60,770 bases of DNA, filler included, from Sphacelaria rigidula (GCA_964200075.2; 9 parts of 9 records of this genome joined end to end with filler, not necessarily neighbours in it), one strand, 5' to 3'; counted from the whole stretch's first letter, positions 1 to 12,061 are shown. Made by a program: numbers and translations. The notes: generated by a model not told the origin, from the letters alone.

Positions 1-69
1 CATCCTTTACGACTAAGGCAAGCAACAAATGAGTACGCCTCCCCCCCCCATCCTTCCCTCCCCCACCCC

Positions 70-398
70 GATGGTGAGACACCCATGAGGCAGTGTAAAA
101 CCCGTGGCTGTCTGTGGAAGTGGCGATGCCAGAAAATAAAACAACTTATTGAAGGCTGTCGTCAAAAGTGAGACAATCAGCACGCTTCGGGTCGCACATT
201 CTTAGCAGGATGCAGCTCAACCTTCATACGACTCGCCGAACATGTCACGGCGCTTTGCGCCTGGCGATTGATTGCGAGCCTGGTCCGGCGAAAACCCGGC
301 GTGCTCCGTCTTGGCTTGTAGAGATGCGAGGTCAATGGTCTCATGACTACGACATGCGAGATCATGAGTGCCCCCCGCCCCCCCCCCCCCCCCCCCCC
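70..398 (+). mobile_element. 5'-truncated non-LTR retroelement 3' end (family B) ending in poly(C)
   Basis: Homologous to 13770-13970 (+), 15040-15510 (-), 13630-13697 (+) and 39420-39500 (-). Ends GATGCGAGGTCAATGGTCTCATGACTACGACATGCGAGATCATGAGT followed by a C-run. Confidence 0.7.
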
Positions 399-409
399 TG
401 ATCGAAGAA

Positions 410-500
410 AGCTCGGTCTCGAAAGGGATGCGTGGTCTATGGTCAAACGACTAAGGCCAGCAACAAATGAGTACCCCCCCCCACCCCCACCCCCTCCCCT
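410..500 (+). mobile_element. LINE 3'-terminal fragment (family A) between two C-tracts
   Basis: GGGATGCGTGGTC(T/A)ATGGTCAAACGACTAAGG..GCAACAAATGAGTAC-Cn matches the 3' end of the LINE at 37510-37935. Other copies at 9-60, 10773-10830, 10950-10990, 14915-14973, 16238-16315, 40408-40482 and 40610-40695. Confidence 0.8.
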
Positions 501-506
501 CCACAC

Positions 507-820
507 CCTCGGGACGGATCCATGGTCTCAAGTTATGAGCGCAGCTCTCCCCCTGTATGGTACATGCGTTTCATTTCAATCTCGCGGATTGGATCATGAC
601 TAACTCTTCCGCACTGCGTCAGCTCTCGTAAAAAAACTCAGACATACGAAGTCAGTGTCAAACAAAATCTTTTCCGCTGCTCACATCCTTACGCATGCAA
701 CGGTGGAAATCAGATACTCTCGGGGGAAGCACCCAAGCGCATTTTGTGGGAATCGAATCCTCATTTTACCCATTGTAGTGGTGTCTGTTGGGCCACTACA
801 CCACCGGGGCACGGCTGCTC
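507..820 (-). mobile_element. tRNA-derived SINE, family 1
   Basis: Minus-strand head with A-box-like CCCCGGTGGTGTAGTGG and B-box-like GATTCGATTCC. Body is shared with 27640-27940, 35275-35445 and 56000-56280. Confidence 0.7.
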
Positions 821-1135
821 AGTTCTCCTTGTATTGGATGTGTCGTTTGAGAGTACAGCCACCGGAGACTGAGTGTTTCAAGTCCATGTGAAGTCGCCGA
901 AGCGGTCATCCACCCACTTGTATAGAAAAAGAACCAGCCAGGCACTACATACGAGGCGAGCCACCTTCTTCGTATCACCGCTCGAATAATGCTTGAGGTT
1001 ACCCTGCAATGATGGCTCAGTAGCCTCGGGCGGCACCCGAATCGTGGGTTTAATGTTTTCTTGCTACTGTAACTAAACGCGCGGGGGGCTCGGGTTCCCA
1101 GTATGACAGTCAAGGCGTCGAGTTTTACACCCTAG

Positions 1136-1580
1136 AACAGCCGATCATCGAAACTGAGGATGGAGCTTTTCATTGTGAATGAGAACCGGGAGGATTGAAA
1201 CCTTCGCATCCACACAAAATCTTCGAAATATGGTTCCATTCCTTTACCTACTGATAGATATTGACAACTGCTACACGCCCTACAAAATTGGATTTTAACA
1301 ACCGAAATGTCGGGGTCCTAGATGAAGAAACATTTTTGGGGAATTGAAGTGATCCAATCGGGTCGCCGAAATTCCTCAAAATTGGTTTTTCACCTAGGAC
1401 CCCAACATTTCGGTTATTGAAATCCATTCTTTTTATGACGTGTAGTTGTTGTCAGAAGCTACCAGTAGGTAAAGGAATGGAACCATATTTCGAAGATTTG
1501 GTGTGGACGCGAAGGTTTTAATCCTCCGGGTTCTCATCCTCAATGAAAAGCTCCATCCTGAATTTCGATGATCGGCTATT
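1136..1580. mobile_element. Foldback (palindromic) MITE, family FB1, CTAG target-site duplication
   Basis: The whole 445 bp is an imperfect inverted repeat (AACAGCCGATCATCGAAA...TTTCGATGATCGGCTATT). CTAG occurs at 1132-1135 and 1581-1584. Confidence 0.9.
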
Positions 1581-4500
1581 CTAGGCTCTGGAAATTGTGA
1601 CCATAACGGATTGAGTGCGGGGCGCGGCGACCGCAGGTTTCCCTGGCGACACAGCCCGACTCCTCCACGTCAGATTGCGCTGACTGCACAGTGACACGTA
1701 AGAGAGCGCATGGCACGTACTGCGAAGGCCGAACGACTTCCGGTAGGTGCGACAGAACATAGGGGTACCGGTTATCACACGGTACCACAATGTAGTTAAC
1801 CCTTTCGGCACCAAACGGGGCGACCGAACTCTTCCATCGATTGTGCACCAGGCTGTAGGGTGCGCAGTGTGTGTTGACTCGTAGATTGCTTTTTTGGGAA
1901 GCCAGAATTTTCCCACGATTATCGAGCGCTGAATGTCGTCTGGTCAGCGGATCAAGAAGAGAGCTGCGCAGTAGCGACCATCTGGAGAAACGTAAGCATG
2001 CCCTAGGAATATGATAGCTATAAGGTTAGCGTCTGACACCGACCTGCATCTCGAAACCCGCGACCCCTGCCTGGTTCGAGGTAGATGTGTCTATTTCCAG
2101 AAACCGGGAAATCGAAACATATCCCCCTCGATACACCACCATTCGTATGCAAAACCTGTTCAGTCTTCGTGGTTGGGTGTACTTGTCTACAGCCCCTTTC
2201 CCTGGTCCACCCCGATACCTCTCCCCTTCACCTGCTATGATCGATGTCCGCTCTGAGTTTGGCCTGAGCCGCCCTCGTTTTCTCGGCAGCGTCATCCTCC
2301 TTCCGGCGTTGTTCCTCCGCTTCTCTCTCTTCCTTTCTGTCATTTTTCATGGTGTGTGCCTCCAACTCTCTTGTCGCGATGTCGATCATCTGTTGCCGCA
2401 ACGCCTGCATTTGTATTTGTATTCGTTTTTGTACCTCGTATTTTTTTTCTGTATTTTGTTTTATAGCGATAGAATTTATGCTCGTGACAGAATACTTGCG
2501 TTCCTGTTTCAGTGTGTTTTTCTCGTTCGTGTTCCTGTTTCTATATATGCGTGTGCAATCACTATGGCGGGGAGGGAGAGAAAATATCGAAACGCTATAT
2601 TACACGAAAAATATCAAGACCATCATTCCTCTTCGAGTATAGATGCTGTTGACAATTCGGCGTTGTGCAGAAGAAGAGTTGCTTGCGCCCCCTGGATGTC
2701 GGACCGGGGTGTGTGTGTACGAGACGGGGAGGGGAGGGGGCTATCGCTACTCGGGAACCAACAGTTCTTTATTCTTCGGGGACTGACAGTAAGAAGGTTT
2801 ATCCGACGCGACGGAGTCCACCTACACTACCCGCGACACTACAGTTTGTTCGAACCCCCGCTCGAATTGCCACGAATTTTTACTCCGTTTCCCATGCGCG
2901 GGGGGACGGGACTGTACTGGGCAAACGAGTATATATAGATATATATATACACACACAGTATCGATGCGTCTAGCCGTAGATTTCATTCGACCTACTGCCG
3001 AACCCTGAGGATTTGTTTTGTCTATCCGATCCTGCGAAGGGGGGGAATGCGGCTATCATCACGGAATTACTTCCCGCAGAATAGCATTGTATGGGCCGCT
3101 GAAATTGAAAATCCCAGTTTCGACAAATTTGTTGGGGGCTACAGTCAGTGGTAAGTACGCGGAGCAAAACGTGAATCTTCGCCGTCCGAGCACCGGAAAT
3201 GAATGCCTAAAATGGACGAAGTGCGCCGTTGAGTATTGAAAAAATCGCGACTTTTATCCGCACCTGATAGTGTAGCACTGTGCCTACAGTAGTTTTATTC
3301 GGGGTATCCCCTGATTAAGACCGCTGCTGGGAAGATAAGAGGTCCTCGAAAGCTAACCTTGACCTCCATCCAACGGACGGTGGAGCACGGAATATATATT
3401 TTTTATCCTCCTTGCGTTTTACCTGGCGTTCGTTGAAGCGTTTTTGCTCCACGGCCTTTCTGGCGCGAGCTGCCCTGTCTAGCGCGTCCCTCTGCTGCTT
3501 GCACTTCTCCATATACTGATATGGTATTCACAACGAGGCAAGTAAAGGAACATGGAGTGCGGAGCAGAAAGACTTCGCGATTGAGTTGTGTCCTACGGTA
3601 GGATTGCACGTTTTGGTCCAAACTTTGTCTGAGATATTTTCACGTTGTGAGACAAAACAATGACATTTTTCCCCCACAGTTTGTTTTTTTCAAATATTTG
3701 CCTGCTAGAGGATCGCCTCAGGTTCAGACCCAACTTCGTCCTAACTGAGCTAGTGCGTGTGCGCGAGAGTCTCTTCGTAACTCCGGTATGATGGCCCAGA
3801 CAGTCTTTGCGCGCCCCTCCCGTAGCACCACCCAGTTGACGTAAATGCAGCACGGCATGAGCATTCGATCCACACCATACGGCATGGGGAAAGGCCCATG
3901 ATCAACGTATGTATCGCGCATGGGGATTAGCTTCGAAGCACCTCGTAAAGTGAAGCAAATTGACATGTATGTCTCCTCTTCTTGTTTCTTGCTTTTGGTT
4001 CTGCATGCACTGCAAATCCGGGTGGCGAGCACGACGACAAAAAGGGTGTGTGCACACTCACAGCGAACATAATTCGTGAGGACATTCGGTGTATTGAACC
4101 CGTTTGACACGACACAGGACATACATAACTCTTGTATCTTTCGCCCCACGGCGTATTGCATGCGGAAGCTCTTGCGGTAGTAGCGCTCGCGTATGCAGTG
4201 GTTGGTTGTACGTGTGTGTGTGTGTGTGCGCGCGCGCGCGTGTGTGTAAATATGTGAGAGAGAGAGACGAACGTAAGACTAAAAACAGAAAAATATGCTG
4301 TGGAAGAGAGATTGTACAAGCAACACAGGGCCTGAAAGCCGTGTACCCCTGAATAGATTGCTCAAGTGATTGCTGTACCTCGAATGTTTGTGGCGGTATT
4401 GTAGTGTGCAATCTATACGTGCGCGGATGAAGTGCAAAGCATTGTGGTCGCGCAAGGAAACCTACTTTAGGTTTGGGCTTGCCGCTGTCGCGTACCCTGA

Positions 4501-4749
4501 GTACGGCGACCGGTTACATCTATGTACCACTCCGACGACAACATAATGATACAATACTCGCATAATGTACAACACGCAGGATTGTCTTCTCTTTTTCTTT
4601 TCTTGCCTTAGTCTACTCTGTGCGATTGTTCTACCCTTTCACTTTTTTTCCTTCACTTTTCTTCAACGCGTGTTTTCTACTTTGTTTTGTCTCACATCCG
4701 TCCATATGTGAGCGCGGCTGGATCCCAGGGAGATCTGTTAACGCGCGAT

Positions 4750-5080
4750 AATCAATCACTCAATGAATCATGCATCCATAAATCCATGAATCAACAAACC
4801 AATGAATCAATGAATCAATGAATAAACCAATGTATGAATCACTCGATGAATCAATGAATCAATGAATCAATGAATCAATGAATCAATGAATCAATGAATC
4901 AATGAATCAACGGATCAATCACTCAATAAGTAATGCATCCATGAATCCATGAATGAATCACTCGATGAGTCAATTAGTGAATCACTCAATGAATCAATGA
5001 ATCAATCACTCGACGGATCAACCATCCAATCAATGTGATTCCATGAATCAATCAATGCATATCAAGGAATCAATGAATCA
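4750..5080 (+). repeat. (TCAATGAA)n / (AATC)n tandem repeat
   Basis: Degenerate 8-bp units with a pure core at ~4848-4908. It follows a sequence resembling an RTE-type LINE 3' end. Confidence 0.9.
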
Positions 5081-5405
5081 TGTGTGTATATTGCTTGCCC
5101 CCCGAGAAGTTTTACAGGGTGATACAGATAGCGGCTGAGGATCGATTACATTGACACTTGTACAAGCATGCTGACCGCGAGTTCCTCCGAGATACGACCA
5201 GCGCGTATCTTATGCAAGTCCCGATTAGCAGCCAACATCTTCTCCATCTCGGTCCTTCCTTTCACTTTTTTAGCTCTCACGTCTTCTTCCTCCGCCTCGA
5301 TGGCCGCCTGTTGCCCGTTCAGAGCGGAATTTTGTAAGGAGGAACAAGTACCGTGATTGATATTGCTTCTGATGCTACTGCTGCTGCTGTTGTTGTTATG
5401 ATCAT

Positions 5406-5851
5406 AACAGCCGATCATCGAAATTGAGGATGGAGCTTTTTATTGAGGATGAGAACCCGGATAATTAGAATCTCCGTTTTCACACCAGATCTTCGAAATA
5501 TGGCTCCATACCTTCACCTACTGGTAGCTATTGGCAAGTACTACACGTGGTACAAATTGTGATTTCGATAACCGAAGTGTTGGGGGTCCTAGGCAAAAAA
5601 TCGGTTTCGGGGAATTTCGGCGATCCGATCGGATCACCTAAATTCCCCAAACTTGTTCCTCCATCTAAAACCCCAACATTCAGGTTATCGAAAAACAAAG
5701 TTGTAGGGCGTGCAGTAGTTGTCAATAGCCACCAGCAGGTGAAGGAATGGAACAATATTTCGAAGATTTGATGTGGGTACGAAGATTTCAATCCTCCGGA
5801 CTCTAATCCTCAATGAAATAGCTCCATCCTCAATTTCGATGGTGGGCTGTT
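5406..5851. mobile_element. Foldback MITE, family FB1, copy 2
   Basis: Full-length palindrome homologous to 1136-1580, with AAC...GTT ends and flanks TCAT/TGAT. Confidence 0.9.
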
Positions 5852-6664
5852 TGATGCTTTTTTCCGCAGGCATTACCTTGTATACACATACTACTGTATG
5901 AACACCATGCACGCGATTTCCTCCATCTTCATTATCGATCTCGGAAGTCCTCCTTGTTATGACGGGACGAACGATGGCACGTCATAGATAGGTTCCCCCA
6001 AATCAACGTGACAAACGCAACACAATCAGCGTCCTGAGCGAGGCGATTCCTGTCTTGTACAGCGTGCGGTCAGTCGTTTAGTGGTGGAGGGGAGAGACAG
6101 CAGGGAGCACGTCAGCGATAGACTTCGCCTCACGATCGAAGGGGCTGTGCTTTAGCAGCCTCGCGTTGGTTTTCACAGCCGTAAACTTCGCTACAACCGC
6201 GAACCCTCCCACCACCCTTTAGGAGCCGAACGGCTCACCCCCTACGGCTCACCCTCTACGATGCTTCATCTTCTTTGCTTGCTTTTCGTTTCGGCTTTTG
6301 CTTAGGTCAGATTACACGCTAAATGTGTACACAAAAGTAGTGTCACGGCATCGGCACGTATCGGTAGCGTAATTATGTTCCCAACCACCGTGCCTATAGG
6401 TGTCAATACGGGTACGTCATTTCTAGTTTCGGAACATTGTGAACGAGGATTCGAGACGGTTGGATCGTTCCAGAAGACTTATGTCTTCCAAAAACGTGAG
6501 AACATCGGCAAAAACCTTTCAACGCGATAGCAAGTGAATTAACTGCGGGGGGGTTGATCTGATCCTGAATAATAACTTAGTACAAGTAAGACGTAGGGGG
6601 GGGGGGGGGGGGGTTGCGGGGTTTGCTTCCCTTAAGAAGGGGAGAGGGGCGGGGAGGGAAAGGG

Positions 6665-6764
6665 NNNNNNNNNNNNNNNNNNNNNNNNNNNNNNNNNNNN
6701 NNNNNNNNTTAATTAATTAANNNNNNNNNNNNNNNNNNNNNNNNNNNNNNNNNNNNNNNNNNNN
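6665..6764. other. Artificial scaffold linker (N44-TTAATTAATTAA-N44); the same linker recurs at 13429-13528, 20193-20292, 26957-27056, 33720-33819, 40483-40582, 47246-47345 and 54009-54108
   Basis: Identical 100-bp spacer with a stop-in-all-frames core. The segments between linkers are 6664, 6664, 6664, 6664, 6663, 6663, 6663, 6663 and 6662 bp. Confidence 0.98.
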
Positions 6765-6774
6765 AAGATCAATT

Positions 6775-7116
6775 GGGCGAGCCCCCGAGTCATTGCTCGT
6801 TGGGCAAAAAATGAATAGGGCGAGCACTCGAGTCATCGCTCGTTGTGCAAAAATGAAAAGGGCGAGCACTCGAGTCAATGCTCGTTGTGGAAAAAACGAA
6901 TAGGTCGAGCACTCGAGTCATTGCTCGTTGTAGAAAAATGAATAGGGCGAGCATTCGAGTCATAGCTCGTCGTCGAAAAAGGTGATGGCTTGAGCACACG
7001 AGTCATTGCTCGTTGTAAAAAAAAGCAATGATTCGAGCGCACGAGTCATGCTCGTTGTGTTTTCGAAAAACATCAACGAGTGCACTCGTCTCGACGAGTG
7101 ATGACTCGTCCGACGT
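6775..7116. repeat. ~39-bp tandem repeat array (GAGCACTCGAGTCATTGCTCGTTG plus A-rich linker), probably transposon terminal or subterminal repeats
   Basis: About 8 units. An inverted copy lies at 9834-10147. Confidence 0.85.
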
Positions 7117-7159
7117 ATGGAAATTTGCATATCGTGGTCGGACTTGGTGTCTCCCATTA

Positions 7160-7369
7160 AACAACGTTTTCGCGATAGCGAGAGTAGAGCGCTGATTGAG
7201 AGGGGCTTTGATCATTCACTTTACCTTGAGCAATTTTTCATCCCGTGTGTATGAACTTTTCTTTGTCTCCATCACTGGCGTGTGCTTACAGCTACACGAT
7301 TCATTCACTAATTGACCGCTTTTCGCTCTCAAGCGTATCCTCTACTCTCAATCTCACGAAAACATTGTT
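7160..7369. mobile_element. MITE family M2 (internally deleted), ATTA target-site duplication
   Basis: TIR AACAACGTTTTCG...CGAAAACATTGTT with ATTA on both sides. Homologous to 35740-36039 and 55186-55483. Confidence 0.85.
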
Positions 7370-7549
7370 ATTAGCCGTGGGAAAGGTGTTCATTCTTGCA
7401 CATCGCCAGTACAAAATGTGTGGATAACGACGACAACCTTTTTCATTTCAATCTCCATTTGGTTTGTGCATCTAGCTCGCGATACGTGACACTAGACTCC
7501 ACTGCCCATTTCATGCATGGGCAGGCTGCATGTGGGGAGAGTTGAGGAG

Positions 7550-8380
7550 TTGATTGATTGATTGATTGATTGATTGATTATCTCACATTAGCTGATTGCA
7601 ACGATCCAGCCCGTGGTCAGGAGCAGCAAAAATAGAACAGAATAATGATTAAAAAAAGGAACAGAAAACGACAGAAGCAACGGCTTCAGAAAGGAAAGAA
7701 AGAGGGCAGCGATAACAACAAAAAAAAACGCCACCACCACCACCACCAACAACAACAAACAACAAAATAACGACAAACACAAACACAAGCACGAACAACA
7801 ACAACACAAGGGATGATGGTCGCGCTTTACGTAGCTGATTGCAATACTCCAGCTCGTGATCAGGAACAAAAAAAAGAAACATGAAAAAAATGAAAGAAAA
7901 AGAAAATTAAAATAATAGAAACGTAAAAAACAGGAATACAATAGACAAAAATACAGAGCCAGGCTCGTTCTGGCGGCGGGCGGGGGGGGGGGGGCACAGA
8001 CGAATTAAAAACAGACAAAAAAAGAAACCACCAGGAACAAAGGATGAACAAAGCAGAGATGGCGACCAAATACAATGCTATGCATATCTGGCGTAGGCTA
8101 TGATGAGTTGCTGTTGGTACTGTCGGTCCCAGGTGCTGTCGGTGCATCTTGGCCCGCAGCTTTCGCGTGCCGGATCGCTGCCTCTGCGTCATCCTTTTGG
8201 CACCAGTCCGCCATGAACCTTTCTGCTCCCTGTTCAACACAGCCGTGCCACTCTACTGCATTCAAGGCTCTGGTAGTCCACCCCTGCCATTCGATACCGA
8301 ACGCCTTCACGTCTTCCGCTAGGCAGCGGATCCCGTCCTTGTGCCTGCCGTGTCCATCGCTCGTTTTCCTCGCAATCCGT
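7550..8380 (-). mobile_element. 5'-truncated RTE-clade LINE (ORF2 C-terminus, 3' UTR and (ATCA)n tail)
   Basis: Minus-strand peptide RCLAEDVKAFGIEWQGWTTRALNAVEWHGCVEQGAERFMADW resembles the RTE C-terminal region. The tail reads (GATT)n on + at 7550-7580. A related 3' end lies at 47515-47670. Confidence 0.7.
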
Positions 8381-9833
8381 GTGCAAATCGGATATCCGGA
8401 TATCCGGATATCTGCCACTTTTTTCAATCCGCGGATTGATCCGGATAAGACTGCCCGAAATCGGAAATCCGCTCCGTTTGAAAATTCAAACGGAGCACAA
8501 CTGTAGCACAATACCTGTACCATGCACCCCAGCACAGCATGGAGCAACACAACTCCATGCAGCGAAGTGCAGTGCAGCACGGAGTATTGTACAGTCTGTG
8601 TAGTGTTATGCTCGGGTATGAAATGCGCCGGCTTCAAGAAGATACACTGCGTACAGAACTACTGTAGTACGTAGATGGCGGTCGGGACCATGCCATCAAG
8701 ATTCACGATGTGCGTCATGCGACCGTGGGTAATGTGTAATCCGGGGGGTTGTGTGCTTGATGAAGAGAGGTATCACGCGCTCCTGGTGCCCTTTGAGGCG
8801 CAACGATCGCATGTTGGGAACCCGCACCCGGGTTCCAACGACCACCAACGTGGAGCGAGGTCAGTGGAGTGTACAGAGCGAGGCTGCTACGAAACTCTTA
8901 TTTAGAGCGAGGCTCGGCATCTTATTTTCTCTCTGAATCCAGCACAAATGCTCGAACCCCAATTCCTATTGTTCGAAGAGCTGCTAACGCCGGATGCTCA
9001 ATTTTGAAATTCTCATTTTGCGCAGGCATAGGAGTAGGGGATATCCAAGGTACCCCCCTACTCTTATCCTCTGCCGTGTGCGAGTAGTAAGCAGTACGTT
9101 AACCAGTCTTGTTCCGAAAGACAACATCGGAACATAATATAGTACAGTACTGAACGATTTTTGTACAGATTGTTATCATCCATGGGGTGTCCCAGCAGAG
9201 ATCAATGTTGTTTGCCAGTTCCAGGGAGGAGGCAGCTTCGTTGTGGGTCTGATATAGCCATGGTGGTTGTGGAGGCAGTCTCTTATTACCCTGATGTGCA
9301 GTTCATTCTTGCAGATCGTTACCTGCCGACCTCCTTGCACTTTCCTGAATCTATTTTTTTTTTTCCGCTTGAGTTCACCACGAACGCTTACTCGTATATT
9401 CCTTAATTTACGTAAACGCGAACCTGCTAAGGCTACTACCCCTAGGTGTGGGAGAGGTAGCCTCGGGAGCCACGGACTTCGGCCGTGGGACGTGCCTAGA
9501 CAGTTCGTTCTTGTGTGGAGAGAGACTCCAGGGTCGAGATCAGATGTGCCTCGAGGGGGCACCGTGACAGGTGCCGCCTCCAGTTGTGGAGTATGATCAT
9601 TACTCTGGGGACGGGATAGATAATGATTCGAAAGGACAGACTAATGTTCTAGACGGACGCTGCCGGAAGTACGCCGGAGACATGAATATCATGGAATGGA
9701 GCGGAGGGATCTATGAGATATTCTCGGAACTATGACGAGGGAAATATGGTCCCGTCGCGGTCGTGGACACGTGTAAGACTCGTGCACTACCCGGGTACTC
9801 ACACTGAGATTATTAACTAACAATTTTTCAACA

Positions 9834-10147
9834 CGTCGGACGAGTCATTCCTCGTCGAAACGAGTGCACTCGTGGATGTTTTTCGGAAACACAACGAGCA
9901 TGACTCGTGTGCTCGAATAATTTTTTTTTAACGAGCAAAGACTCGTGTGTTCGAGTCGTCCAGTTTTTTCACAACGAGCAATGACTCGTGTGATCGAGTC
10001 AGTAATTTTATTCTCAACGAGCAATGACTCATGTGTGTCAATAATTGTTTTCACAACGAGCAATGACTCGTGTGCTGGGGTTATTTTTTTAAACAACGAG
10101 TAATGACTTTCATGTTTTCACGAGCAATGACTCGAGTGCTCGCCCTA
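9834..10147. repeat. ~39-bp tandem repeat array, inverted relative to 6775-7116
   Basis: Starts ACGTCGGACGAGTCA, the reverse complement of the end of the first array. Units read CAACGAGCAATGACTCGTGTG. Confidence 0.85.
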
Positions 10148-10772
10148 TATATTCACTAGTCCAGAGAAAATCTCCGTCGCATGAAGCAAAACCGACTGAC
10201 AAAACCGAATAACCGGATGGGCTTTTACGTCGCGTTTCACATGATTCAACACTCCTTACCGAGATGGCAATATCTAGATACACACGGCAGCTGCAGAGAC
10301 AATTGAAGTTTCTCTGTGTAGATAAAATTTATGCCTACCAGCCCTCCAGTTTCTGGCTGCGCGGACCCCTGTCGCAGATGCAGATGAAAAACTGGGGGTA
10401 CATCGGAGATAGTCTGCGACTGACGCTGCACTATTCCGACCCCCAACTGAAGCATTTCTAGGCATGAAGGACGGCTGGTAGCTAGCTGTACCACCCTGGG
10501 GGATCTCAGCTTGCAGACATCCATACAGCATCAGTAATGATCGATTGCACGTTCGAGGGGCATGTTGGAAAGTGACTTTTTCGCTTGTACAAAATAGTAA
10601 CTACGGAATACTTTTTCATGGGTATCCATCGCTGGAATGTGAGCTGTACCGGGTGCGATTGAGCCAGACTTCGATCAAACGTAGCTTCGGATACATGCTA
10701 CAGCTGCGTACCATTGTCGTCGTGATCTCAACCTCTGTACACTTCTTTGACTCAATCGTGTCTTTGTTTTTT

Positions 10773-10804
<32 letters not shown>

Positions 10805-11953
10805 ATTTGTTGCTTGCCTTAGTCATTTGAGGACGCCCCTTCGTTTTGGGGTGGGGGTTGGGGGACGTGACACTATTTCCNNNNNNNNNNGGGGTGGGGG
10901 GTGTGGGGGTTGGGGGGTGTGGGGGGGGTGGGGGCGTGGGAAGCGGACGGGGGGGGCGTACTCATTTGTTGCTTGCCTTAGTCATTTGAGTACGCCCCTT
11001 CGTTTTGGGGTTGGTGATGGGGAACGTGACACTATTTCCCCGCCGCAACACTGCTTTATATATAGGCAAGTAATGGCTGTACAGATATTTTGAAACGTTT
11101 CTAAAGACGGAGGATCATATTCAGCGAAGGTGGGCGAGGAAGAGAAGAAAAAAAAAGGGCACAAAAAAAGAGCACAAAATCGAAAAAAATGCAGACCATA
11201 AAAAAACAACAAGCGCATAAAGCGAGCAACAAAAAGAGCAGATTGAGTCAGAGCCTAACATCAACTGCTGTTGCTTTTGCGGCTAGCTGTTGGTGGTTCG
11301 TCTGTATTTCTGTGCTTGTGAGCGGGTGTTATCGATGTGCGTGCCGTGGAGTGCCCTATATGCCTGCCCTGTTTGGTGCGGGTGGGTTCAAAATTAAGGG
11401 TGTGCCGGTACTCGTCTCGTGCGCGGTGGATACAAACATCGTGTTGGTTGGACCGCCGGGTCTGCAAAAATGCAATGTAACCGGTTCTAGTCTGCAGGCA
11501 ACCCGGCTGTTGGCATCGATGAATGGGCAGGCAGTGAATCGTCCTCAAGAGCAGCGTCGTACCGCGGTACCCTGGGGTTGAATGCAGTGCAGTACACTCC
11601 ACAATTACAGTACACGATAATACCGTGTGGTCATACATGATGGTACAATCGGCATGTACGAGAAGAGTGCACAGTGTGAATCCACTAGTGCAGTGCCATT
11701 CATCACCCTGCATGTATACCGTATAGAATATACAATCGAATGCTTTGCTAATCAGACCAGACGGAATAGGAACACGGAAACCTGACCATACCGTAGGAGT
11801 TCGAAGTATTGAAGCCCGAAGCCTGTCGGCCTGGCGGGTGACGAGTAACGCCACATGAAGCACTCGTAGGCAGCTAGCTGACTGCAGGAAATGCATTACA
11901 CATTATCGCAACTTGATGCACGTTTCATGCGCGCTGTTTTTCCAGCATGTTAA

Positions 11954-12061
11954 CCCTTCGACCGCAAGGGTATACTAGAGATCACCTGCTGAATCGGCAT
12001 CAATATCACTTGAAGAAAGTATATGTGATCCAGATGGACTACCCGCATCGCGGTCTAAGGG
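11954..12061. mobile_element. Single piggyBac-like mini-MITE (monomer of the 47.9-49.1 kb array)
   Basis: TTAA|CCCTTCGACCGC...GCGGTCTAAGGG|CTAA, with the internal GAATCGGCATCAAT..CACTTGAA core seen in the array units. Confidence 0.75.

Noticed and set aside
2087..2938. 283-aa plus-strand ORF with hydrophobic segments
   Set aside because: The hydrophobicity comes from T-rich low-complexity DNA and the antisense of a charged peptide. No recognisable domain or splice support.
6709..6720. Conserved TTAATTAATTAA motif recurring about every 6.76 kb
   Set aside because: It is embedded in N-runs and is an artificial linker.
6775..7116. CRISPR-like array (palindromic ~24-bp repeat with variable linkers); also 9834-10147
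   Set aside because: The linkers are only ~15 bp, A-rich and homologous to each other rather than unique spacers. There are no cas genes and the context is eukaryotic.
10773..11040. Tandem duplication of ~80 bp around a 10-N gap
   Set aside because: Near-duplicate sequence flanking a scaffold gap within G-runs is most likely an assembly overlap artefact.
8869..11581. Weak peptide similarity between ORFs 8869-9087 (GDIQGTPLLLSSAV) and 11189-11581 (FKIKGVPVLVSCAV)
   Set aside because: The match is too short to distinguish from chance, and no consistent exon structure was found.
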